DNA from: Candidatus Eiseniibacteriota bacterium
GTDB lineage: Bacteria; Eisenbacteria; RBG-16-71-46; SZUA-252
NCBI GenBank assembly: GCA_036505295.1
Contig: DASXTQ010000042.1
Location: forward strand, 6,769-70,768
Direction: 5' to 3'
Length of the DNA: 64,000 nt
Shown: positions 18,528-26,861 of the stretch, in pieces
How positions within the stretch are numbered: the stretch's first letter is position 1
Layout: the number at the start of each line of letters is the position of its first letter
Notes under the pieces: generated by a model
Databases searched by the model: none
Seen by the model: only the letters and a program-made list of their open reading frames with translations
Told to the model about the DNA's origin: nothing
Translations under genes and position numbers: made by a program

Positions 18528-19702
18528 CGCGGCACGCCCGGCGCGCGCTCCGCTCGCGCCCCGCGTTCCCGCTCGAGAAATTGCTCGAACGGGAGCGAGC
18601 ACCCGCGCCGCTCCGCCTCGGGGAGGCGACCCTCGAGCGTGAGCCTGTTGCCCGCGGCGGCGCCGACATCCTCGGTCTGAATCGCGAGCGGCACGTCGAG
18701 ATTCGCGAGGTCGTAGTGGACCAGGAGCCCGGGCCTTCCTTCGGGCAGATCGAGCATCGTCTCCGGATCGAGCACGCGGGTGCGCACCCACGGAGGGATC
18801 ACGAACCCGCGCCTCGCCGGGCGCCGCTCGTGCGCGGCCAGGAGCGTGTCTTCATAGAACTGGCTTCCCATTTCCGCCATTCCGTATTCGTTCACAAGGT
18901 GCGTTCGCGGAATCCCGAACACGCGGTGAATGGAAGCGGCCATGTCGTCAGGGCGAAGCTCGACCCGCGTTCCCTTCGCCCCTCCGGTATCCATCGCCCG
19001 GCTTCCTGGGGGGAGCGCGAAACAGAGCCCCCTCCGATCGCACCGCTCGACATAGGCGCGGAGGAGAAGCGTGGTGCCGAGGAGGAGGACCGGCACCCTC
19101 CCGTCGAGGGAACGCGCGAGCTCCGCGTCGGCACGCTCCCATCGTGGTTCTCCGTGTTCGACGATCCATGAGGGGGCGTCACAGAGCCGGGCAGCGACAC
19201 GGTCGGCCATGAACCAGAGCGAGGAGCGCGGCGATTCGGCGCGCGTGGGCCCGAAGATGATCATCTTGAGCCGCGCACCGTCCGGCAGGAGGTGCCGGGT
19301 GAAGCTCTTGAGAAGCGACGTCTCGTAGAGATGGGTCGACGTGAGATGCACACGGCCCGGCCTCGTGATCGTCGTCCCGCTCGTCTCGAACGTGACGGTG
19401 GGGGATGCCGGCGCCGCGCCTCCACTCGTCCCCCCGTCCCCAACCCGCGCCGCGCTCAGACCGTGCTCTTTGAACGCCGAAGAGGGCACCGGCGGAATCT
19501 CGCGCCAATCACCCAACCCGCCGGGCCCGCGCCCGACATGCCGCGCGTACGCCCCGTACTCCGGTATCGTATCGCACTGGATGCGGAAGGACCGAATCGC
19601 GAGGTCCGAGAAGGCAGCCTCCGCCCCGCGCGCTTGCGCCGCCGGCTCCTCCCACCCCGCCGCCGAGATGAAGCGGGCGAGATCCGCCTCCATCTCGCGC
19701 AT
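18524..19702 (-). CDS. LuxE-like acyl-protein synthetase / PaaK-like adenylate-forming enzyme
   Basis: About 392 aa from MREMEADLARF. Adenylate-forming motif ETSGTTITRPG. Genomic pairing with the LuxC-like gene. Confidence 0.55.
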   Translation of the reverse strand: MREMEADLARFISAAGWEEPAAQARGAEAAFSDLAIRSFRIQCDTIPEYGAYARHVGRGPGGLGDWREIPPVPSSAFKEHGLSAARVGDGGTSGGAAPASPTVTFETSGTTITRPGRVHLTSTHLYETSLLKSFTRHLLPDGARLKMIIFGPTRAESPRSSLWFMADRVAARLCDAPSWIVEHGEPRWERADAELARSLDGRVPVLLLGTTLLLRAYVERCDRRGLCFALPPGSRAMDTGGAKGTRVELRPDDMAASIHRVFGIPRTHLVNEYGMAEMGSQFYEDTLLAAHERRPARRGFVIPPWVRTRVLDPETMLDLPEGRPGLLVHYDLANLDVPLAIQTEDVGAAAGNRLTLEGRLPEAERRGCSLPFEQFLERERGARAERAPGVPR

Positions 19703-19731
19703 CGGGCCGGTACCTGGGATGTCGCTGGCGG

Positions 19732-20265
19732 TCACGTTGGCTCCCCGCACGCGAGATCCGCCGCTTGCTCTGCGGTCGCGGCCAGATGCACGAGGGCGCG
19801 GATGCTGGGGTCCACTTCGAAGCTGCGCGATAGGGTGTCCAGCAAGTCCCGCCACGGCTCGCCCATCAGGATGAGCCTCCGGTTCATTCCTTTTCGGTGC
19901 ATGAGAAGGGTCCAGAGCCAGAAGACTTCGCTCAACGTGCCGACACCGCCCGGAAGCGCGATCGCGGCGCTCGTCCCTTCGAGCAGCCGCTCGATTCTGA
20001 CCGCAAGGCTCGGCGAAGGGACCACCTCGTCCAGGTGTGGATTCGGCGTTCTCGTCTCGTCGAACCAATCGAGGGTGCAGCCGACCACCCGGCCGCCCGC
20101 GCCCTTCATGCCCTCTGCAAGCGCCCCCATGACGCCGGCGTAGCCGCCGCACCGGACCTCGGCGCCTCGGCGAGCAAGGGCACGACCCAACTCCTGTGCG
20201 AGATCGTAGTTGGGGTCCCCGGGCGGCGTGCGGCTGCTCCCGAAGACAACGACCGACGTCTTCAT
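19732..20265 (-). CDS. LOG-family (TIGR00730) cytokinin riboside 5'-monophosphate phosphoribohydrolase-like protein
   Basis: Start MKTSVVVFGSS. Motifs GGYAGVMG and PGGVGTLSE characteristic of LOG family. Confidence 0.75.
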   Translation of the reverse strand: MKTSVVVFGSSRTPPGDPNYDLAQELGRALARRGAEVRCGGYAGVMGALAEGMKGAGGRVVGCTLDWFDETRTPNPHLDEVVPSPSLAVRIERLLEGTSAAIALPGGVGTLSEVFWLWTLLMHRKGMNRRLILMGEPWRDLLDTLSRSFEVDPSIRALVHLAATAEQAADLACGEPT

Positions 20266-20352
20266 TCTGCCTCGATCGACGCGGAGCGGCAACCCTTTGG
20301 GCTGCTTCCGTATCGGTGGCGCCGGACGGGCCAGCGTGGTACCATCGTTGCC

Positions 20353-22128
20353 GTGAAACGCCACAGCGATTCGCCCGCCGGCGATCGATCCGAGCGGATC
20401 GTCCGGCTCGCGCTGGCCCAGATCAATCCCACGGTCGGCGATCTCCCCGGAAACGCCAAGAAGGTCATCGAAACCATCGAGCGCGCCCGCGACCAGGGGA
20501 CGGACTTGATCGCCTTCCCCGAGCTTACGCTGACCGGGTATCCGCCCGAGGATCTTCTTTTGCGCCCGGAGTTCCTCGACCAGAACCAGGCGGCCCTGGA
20601 GGAGGTGGCGCGCGGCACCACCGGGATCACCGCGGTCGTGGGCTTCGCGCAGCGCGCGGACGACGTCTACAACGCGGCCGCGATCGCGCACGACGGCGAG
20701 GTGGTGGGAATCTACCAGAAGCGCCACCTGCCGAATTATGGGGTGTTCGACGAAGTGCGCTATTTTCGTCCCGGAAACGAGTGCTTCGTCTGCAAGCGAG
20801 GCGCGCTCACGTTCGGCGTGAACATCTGCGAGGACATCTTCACGCCCGTGGGTCCGACCGCTGCGCTCGCCGTCTACGGAGACGCAGAGGTGGTGATCAA
20901 CCTATCCTCGTCTCCCTTCCACGCCGGCAAATCCGCGGCCCGGGACCGCATGCTCTCCACCCGTGCCCTGGACGGCGTCTCGGTGGTCGCGTTCGTGAAC
21001 ACCGTCGGCGGCCAGGACGAGCTTGTCTTCGACGGCAACAGCCGCGTCTATGGGCCCCAAGGCGAGCTGTTGGCGCAGGCGCGCGCATTCGAGGAAGACC
21101 TGGTGATCGTGGACATCGATCTCGAGAGCGTTTTCCGCGCCCGCCTCCACGACCCCCGTAGCCGGATCGCGGCGCAACGCGACGACGCACCCGAGATGAG
21201 CGTGGTCACGCTGCGCCCGATACCCCGACGGGCACGCCCCAAGATCGGCGCCCGCAAGGTCACGACCCCGAGCGGGGCCGAGGAGATCTACCGGGCGCTC
21301 GTGCTCGGCACGCGCGATTACGTCGGCAAGAATGGATTCGAGCACGTGGTGATCGGACTGAGCGGCGGGATCGATTCCGCCCTCACCGCCTCGATCGCCA
21401 CGGACGCCTTGGGCCCGGGGCACGTGACCGGCGTGTTCATGCCTTCGGGAATCACCTCGCGGGAGAGCAGCGAGGACGCGGCGGCGCTCGCGAAGAACCT
21501 CAAGATCGATCTCCTCGCCGTGCCGATCGAATCGGAGATCGCCGCGTACCGCGAAAGCTTGAAGGAGATCTTCGCCTCGTCGCAGGAGGACGTGACCGAG
21601 GAAAACATCCAATCGAGAATCCGCGGAACCGTTCTGATGGCGCTCTCGAACAAGTTCTCCTGGCTCGTGCTCACCACCGGGAACAAGAGCGAGCTGTCGG
21701 TCGGCTACGCGACTCTCTACGGCGACATGGCCGGCGGCTTCTCGGTATTGAAGGACGTATCGAAGACGCTCGTATACGAGCTGGCCCGGCATCGGAATGG
21801 CGCGGCCCAGACGCCCTGGATCCCGGAACGGACGCTGACACGCGAGCCTACGGCGGAACTGAGGCCGGGGCAGCGCGATACGGACACCCTCCCGCCGTAC
21901 GACACGCTCGACCCCATTCTCAAGGCGTACGTCGAAGAGGACTCCGAGGTAGAGCGGATCGTCGCGATGGGGTACGATCGCGCCCTCGTGCAGCGGGTGA
22001 TCCGAATGGTGGACCGGGCCGAGTACAAGCGCCGCCAGGCGCCTCCCGGAATTCGGATCACACCACGCGCCTTGGGTAAGGACCGCCGACTCCCGATAAC
22101 GAACCGCCACCAACCCTGGCGTGACTGA
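20353..22128 (+). CDS. nadE: Glutamine-dependent NAD+ synthetase (CN-hydrolase + NAD synthetase domains)
   Basis: N-terminal nitrilase-type domain (FPEL...CKRG...ICED). C-terminal SGGIDS PP-loop. GTG start chosen because the 5' ORF extension would overlap the convergent LOG gene. Confidence 0.8.
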   Translation: MKRHSDSPAGDRSERIVRLALAQINPTVGDLPGNAKKVIETIERARDQGTDLIAFPELTLTGYPPEDLLLRPEFLDQNQAALEEVARGTTGITAVVGFAQRADDVYNAAAIAHDGEVVGIYQKRHLPNYGVFDEVRYFRPGNECFVCKRGALTFGVNICEDIFTPVGPTAALAVYGDAEVVINLSSSPFHAGKSAARDRMLSTRALDGVSVVAFVNTVGGQDELVFDGNSRVYGPQGELLAQARAFEEDLVIVDIDLESVFRARLHDPRSRIAAQRDDAPEMSVVTLRPIPRRARPKIGARKVTTPSGAEEIYRALVLGTRDYVGKNGFEHVVIGLSGGIDSALTASIATDALGPGHVTGVFMPSGITSRESSEDAAALAKNLKIDLLAVPIESEIAAYRESLKEIFASSQEDVTEENIQSRIRGTVLMALSNKFSWLVLTTGNKSELSVGYATLYGDMAGGFSVLKDVSKTLVYELARHRNGAAQTPWIPERTLTREPTAELRPGQRDTDTLPPYDTLDPILKAYVEEDSEVERIVAMGYDRALVQRVIRMVDRAEYKRRQAPPGIRITPRALGKDRRLPITNRHQPWRD

Positions 22129-22174
22129 CGTGACCGACGTGACCGACGACTCGAAGACGAAGACGGAGGATCCG

Positions 22175-24370
22175 ATGAAGAAGCTCGCCAGTCCGGCGAC
22201 CGCGAAAGCGGTCAGTCCGGCGGGAGGAGCGTCCCCCGCGTTTCCCGCCACGCCACGCGCCAACACCGAACGTCCCCAAACAAAAGGAATCCAAGTGAGC
22301 GAGCACCCGTACCCGTCCGTCGATCTCGAACCCTATCTGAGCGCTCGGGACCGCAAGGGCGGGAAACGAGTCCTTCGCGACCGCTCGGGCCGGATCGCGC
22401 TCGTCCGGGAGGACGCGCTCAACCAAGACCTGTTTCGCACGAATGGGGTCCCGCTTCACAACGTGGGCCGCCGCTTCCGCGTCGTCGGGGAAGACGGCAT
22501 CACGGAGCAGGAGCGCTGGATCGCCCCCTTCGACGTGATCCACCGCTCCCGCGAAAACCCGAAAAGTTTCGACGGACTCAAGCTCCCTTTGGGCGAGCTC
22601 GTCTACGACCACGGACTTTATCTTAAATTCAGCCCCGGGGTCGCGGAGCTGGGGGTGAACGACCGCGGCGACGTGCTATTGCGGCGCGATTCCTCCAGCG
22701 ATCCCACCATCGGGCCCGTGTGGAACTCCTTCAACACGGTAATCACCGGCCGGGCGAAACGCCTCGTCACCCGGACGACCCTCGACGCGCACCAGGCGGA
22801 TGTGAAGGAGGCGGCCGGCTGGCTCAAGGCGCTCGAAGCCGTCTCGAAGCGGAAGACCTTGATCAGCCGCTTCTCATGCGCGGGTGTGCAGTACACGCAC
22901 CGAGGGAACGTTCCGTATTTGAGGCGCACGTCGCAGACGAACTTCTTCCCGCCGCAAGACGCCGAGATGATGGTCATCGCGAAACAGATCGACCAGCGCT
23001 TCCGCGAGCGCGGCATGAAGAAGGCCCCGCGCGTCACGATCCTGTCGCTCATGGGAGTGCCGCGAAGCGAGGCCGAGCACGCGCAATTCTTGCGGCAGTT
23101 GAAGCGCGCCCGCGTCTCCGCGGAGAGGCTCGGGATTCCGGCGCGGCTCCGGGATTCCCGCTTGTGGGACCCGGATTCGAAAGCGGTCGTGACCTCGAAC
23201 TTCGTCTACTTCTGCCCCCTCTCCGATCTCAAGGACGAGGTCACGATCCTCACGGTGAACACGGACTACCACGGCGAGGTGAAGAGCCGCGGCGTGCTCT
23301 CGCCGCTCATGGCGATACTCTCCAAGGTCGACATCATTTCTGCGCACGCCGGAGCCGCGATCTTGAATCGCGAAGGAACCGCCACCACGTTCACGGGGCC
23401 GACCGGAACGGGCAAGACGACCGCGGGCGCTTTCTGGGCGGAGCGAAACGAGGTCTATCGTCGACTGGAGCTCAAGCGACGCTATCGGATCGACCTCGAG
23501 CGCGAGGGTTTGTCGGGGAACGAGCTGGAGGAGAAGCTCGAGCGGATCTTCCCGGAAATCGGGATCCTGTGCCAGGAAGACTGGATCGAGATCCTGAAGG
23601 ATTCGAAACGCGGGTGGGTGTTCTGGTCGACGGAGCGCTGCCTCTATGCCCGCACCGGGGGATTCCCGGGACTGAGATTCGTGCTCTCCGATAACGAGCC
23701 GATTTTGGAAAACGTCACCGCCGATTTCGGCGGCGGCGGAACGATCGACAAGCTCGGCCGGATCACGCACGACTATTTCCCCGAGCGGATTTTCTACGAT
23801 CCCACGTGGGGTCACCTGTTGTACGACAGAAAATCGCGGCCGATCGCGGCGAATGTCTTTCTGGAGCGGAACCCGAGCTTGGATTTCTGCGTCAAGCGCG
23901 TGGGACCGGACGAGGCGCTCCAGTGGCTCCTGATCGGTCGGACGCCGGGCGGAAAGCACGAGCCCCTGTACAACGCCTACCCCGATTTCAGCGGGCTCTT
24001 GATGACGAACGGGGTCGTGGGAGAAAAGCTCGTCGACGCGGTTCGCGCCGCGGAGCGGGGAGATCTCGGGCCGCTTGGAAACGGGGACGCGACCCTGGGT
24101 CGCGCGATTTACGACAAGCTCAAGATCCAGCTCGATCTCTGGCGCGAGAACTGCTCCCAGGTCCCGACCTACATCGTGAACGGGGCTGCCGGGCTCGAGA
24201 TGACGCAGGACATGAACTGGCTCCTGTCCGAGCATCCGGACGCGTTCGGTGATTGGAAAAAGGTCACGACCGTCGATTTCCAGCGCTACATGAACGAGCG
24301 CTACGGGGTCACGTATAGCGGGCGCGGGGCCTGGACGCACATCTCCCCGGCGCAGCGCATGGCGCGATAG
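22175..24370 (+). CDS. Large hypothetical protein with PEPCK/HprK-like P-loop kinase core
   Basis: GGAGGA RBS before MKKLASP. C-terminal half has FTGPTGTGKTTAGAF ... IGILCQEDW ... RCLYARTGG, resembling PEPCK-ATP kinase-1a/kinase-2 boxes (GLSGTGKTT / LIGDDEHGW / GGCYAKT). N-terminal about 400 aa unrecognised. Confidence 0.6.
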   Translation: MKKLASPATAKAVSPAGGASPAFPATPRANTERPQTKGIQVSEHPYPSVDLEPYLSARDRKGGKRVLRDRSGRIALVREDALNQDLFRTNGVPLHNVGRRFRVVGEDGITEQERWIAPFDVIHRSRENPKSFDGLKLPLGELVYDHGLYLKFSPGVAELGVNDRGDVLLRRDSSSDPTIGPVWNSFNTVITGRAKRLVTRTTLDAHQADVKEAAGWLKALEAVSKRKTLISRFSCAGVQYTHRGNVPYLRRTSQTNFFPPQDAEMMVIAKQIDQRFRERGMKKAPRVTILSLMGVPRSEAEHAQFLRQLKRARVSAERLGIPARLRDSRLWDPDSKAVVTSNFVYFCPLSDLKDEVTILTVNTDYHGEVKSRGVLSPLMAILSKVDIISAHAGAAILNREGTATTFTGPTGTGKTTAGAFWAERNEVYRRLELKRRYRIDLEREGLSGNELEEKLERIFPEIGILCQEDWIEILKDSKRGWVFWSTERCLYARTGGFPGLRFVLSDNEPILENVTADFGGGGTIDKLGRITHDYFPERIFYDPTWGHLLYDRKSRPIAANVFLERNPSLDFCVKRVGPDEALQWLLIGRTPGGKHEPLYNAYPDFSGLLMTNGVVGEKLVDAVRAAERGDLGPLGNGDATLGRAIYDKLKIQLDLWRENCSQVPTYIVNGAAGLEMTQDMNWLLSEHPDAFGDWKKVTTVDFQRYMNERYGVTYSGRGAWTHISPAQRMAR

Positions 24371-24386
24371 GGCGCGGCGCGGCTTA

Positions 24387-26786
24387 CTAACGCAGGATCA
24401 GCACCGGTCGCGCCGCCGTGCGGCTGCCGGCGCGCACGCGGAGCCAATAGCGGCCGGATCCCAGACGCCGGCCGCGGTCGTCCAAGCCGTCCCACGTACA
24501 ACGCACGAGACCCGAGGTCGACGGCTCCGTAGATGAAGGAACGACGGGGAGACTTCGCACCAGCCGTCCCTGAATATCGAACACCCTGGCTTCGATCCCG
24601 CCGACGCTCAAGCCCCCCGATGGATCGAACACGCGGATCTCTGCGCGTTCCGTCATGGGATTCGGCATCACCGAAACGGCGAGCTGCGGCGCCGGCGGAG
24701 GCGTCGGCTCCTCTCCCACCGCCACGATCGTCGCCAGGCCGGGACGCAGCAGCAGCGCCCGGGTACCGTCCGATACCAGAAGATCCGGAATCGGACCCAC
24801 CGTCCCCAAGAACCGAAGGGAGGTCGCGGAGGAGCTGGGCGCCCTATGCAAGGCGACCTCGAGCGCGCGCCCCTCGGTCCATAGTTGACCGCGCGCGAGC
24901 GTAACGGTCGCGGTATAGGGAGGGGACGCCGTGGGCGCGATCCGATCCAGCTCCGCCGCACCGGGGACGCGCATCAACGCGACACCGCCCGCACCCTGCG
25001 CCACGGCCACGTTTCCGGTCCACGTCCCGGCCAATCCAATCGCGGGCGCCGCGGTCTGCTGCGCCAGCACCAAGGCCGGCGCGCCCCCCAGTGGCGCGCG
25101 AACGATCTGCATCCCTCCAGCGGACGCGGCCACTGCGAGGTAGACGCTGTCGCGCGTGTTCGAGATCCAGGCGACGTCGCGGGCGTAGGGCGTGCCCCAC
25201 GCGGAGGAGAGCGCGACCGAACCGAGCGGCGCGAAGGTGACCACGGCCGGCGCGCCGGACCCGACGCTCAAGTGGTACACCGAGACGCCCGCGGCCCCGT
25301 CCGCAAGCGCGAGGTCGGGGGAGCCCGCGCCGGCGCGGCGAAGCTCGAGGTCCAACGCGCTCCCCGGGGTCGGCATTGTGCCCGCGGCATACGGGACGCC
25401 CCCGAGGGAATCGAACGCCGCAGTCACATCGATCGCGACGATGCCGGAGCCCGTGCCCGCGAGAACCGAGGCGGGATTGTAATCCGACGCCGTCGGCACC
25501 GAGCCGGTGTCGGCGTCGGCGACGAGCGCGACGATGCGCCCCGACGCGGCGCGGAACCACGCCACGTCGGTCGCGAACCCGGGAAGGGGAATCGTTCGCA
25601 GAATCCGATCGTCGATCCCGTTCATGTCCTGGTCGAAAAAATCCTCCCAGGTGCCGAACGGTGGATCGATCACGGTGCGCAGATCGAGGAGCATCAGCCC
25701 CGAACGCCCCGCCGCGAGCAGCCCGAGATCGAGCGTGTCCCCGGCGGGGCCCACGAATCCCGGCACGACCGCGACCGACGCGGCGTACGACGGAATGCGC
25801 ACCTGCCCCACCAGGCGGTCGTCCGTCCCATTTCCGTCCGTGTCGACCGCGCCGATTCGAGCGAGCGTCGTGCCCGCGGTCAGGACGCGCACGCCGTCGA
25901 GCCCGGCCGGGAGGAGCCACACGCCGCGCGCCGCAAGCTCCACCGGGCCGTCACGTCCTGCCGCAGGCTCTCCCAGGGGGGTCAAGCCCATAGGAACAAG
26001 CGCGGTTGGTAAGGACTCCGGAAGCGCCGCGGAGGAGAGCGCGTGGCCGATGGAGTTCGAGATGCCGCCGAGGCTCGTGACGCTGCATTGCAGGGCGTTG
26101 GCGTTCCCGCCGTAGGCGCTCCCCGCGATCGTCGTCGGGGCGCTTATCGTGACCGTGGCGCCTCCCGGCAGATCCACGTCCACCGGGGGCTCGGTGCCCG
26201 GGAAGATGCCGTCGGTGTTGTTGGGATCGGGATTGGTGCGGCCGTCCGTGACTTGGACGGACTCGGCGCTCGCCACCAGGCTGTGAATCTGAAACGAGAC
26301 CAGCCCCGAGGTGTTCGACGGAGCGGACCAGGAGAAAGGCGAAGGCCAGACCTCGGGCCTCCCGCCGGTCGCCGCGAAGATCGCCGAGATCGCCTTCGCC
26401 ACGTGCCCGCCGCCGATCTGATCGGTGAGCTCCACGGACAAAGACGCGCCGCCGAAGGCGAGTACCGGGACGGTCACCGAAAACGAAACGCGCCGGACGC
26501 TGTCCGGGGGTACCACGATCGAGCCGTTCAGCGGCGAGACGCCGAGCGCGAAGGCGCCTCCCGGGGTCGCGGCCCAGTTCAGGCTCGCGGGCGCGCCGTT
26601 CGCGCGGAGCGTCATCTCGATGGAATGCGTCGAGCCGGGAGCGAACGTGGCGCTCGGCAGGAGCACCGTGACCGGGCGCGGAGGGATCCAGCCGGTCCCC
26701 GCCCTCGCGGGGGGAGCGTGGATCGCCCCCGCGAGCAGCGGGATGAGGGCGAGCGTCAGCGCAGGATGTGGGGATCGTGCTCGCAT
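24387..26786 (-). CDS. Large secreted beta-propeller-like protein with C-terminal FlgD-Ig/T9SS-type sorting domain
   Basis: Signal peptide. 799 aa rich in Gly/Ala/Thr. C-terminal ...VFDIQGRLVRSLP...GSGRYWLRVRAG resembles FlgD Ig-like/Por C-terminal domains. Confidence 0.6.
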   Translation of the reverse strand: MRARSPHPALTLALIPLLAGAIHAPPARAGTGWIPPRPVTVLLPSATFAPGSTHSIEMTLRANGAPASLNWAATPGGAFALGVSPLNGSIVVPPDSVRRVSFSVTVPVLAFGGASLSVELTDQIGGGHVAKAISAIFAATGGRPEVWPSPFSWSAPSNTSGLVSFQIHSLVASAESVQVTDGRTNPDPNNTDGIFPGTEPPVDVDLPGGATVTISAPTTIAGSAYGGNANALQCSVTSLGGISNSIGHALSSAALPESLPTALVPMGLTPLGEPAAGRDGPVELAARGVWLLPAGLDGVRVLTAGTTLARIGAVDTDGNGTDDRLVGQVRIPSYAASVAVVPGFVGPAGDTLDLGLLAAGRSGLMLLDLRTVIDPPFGTWEDFFDQDMNGIDDRILRTIPLPGFATDVAWFRAASGRIVALVADADTGSVPTASDYNPASVLAGTGSGIVAIDVTAAFDSLGGVPYAAGTMPTPGSALDLELRRAGAGSPDLALADGAAGVSVYHLSVGSGAPAVVTFAPLGSVALSSAWGTPYARDVAWISNTRDSVYLAVAASAGGMQIVRAPLGGAPALVLAQQTAAPAIGLAGTWTGNVAVAQGAGGVALMRVPGAAELDRIAPTASPPYTATVTLARGQLWTEGRALEVALHRAPSSSATSLRFLGTVGPIPDLLVSDGTRALLLRPGLATIVAVGEEPTPPPAPQLAVSVMPNPMTERAEIRVFDPSGGLSVGGIEARVFDIQGRLVRSLPVVPSSTEPSTSGLVRCTWDGLDDRGRRLGSGRYWLRVRAGSRTAARPVLILR

Positions 26787-26861
26787 GTGCCTCGGTTGAA
26801 ACGAAGCGGGGGCCGGTAGAAACTCCGGCCCCCGTCCTCGCGTGCTTCGAACCTAGGGCGC

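Noticed and set aside
16531-18669. 712-aa minus-strand ORF (Arg/Gly/Ala-rich) overlapping the LuxC-like gene
   Set aside because: Out-of-frame overlap with a well-supported gene. Composition (R/G/A/P runs) is typical of spurious ORFs in the alternative frames of high-GC coding DNA.
24844-26819. Multiple 200-375-aa ORFs in both strands across 24.8-26.8 kb
   Set aside because: All overlap the 799-aa secreted protein gene in other frames and translate to R/G/P-rich junk. High GC suppresses stop codons.
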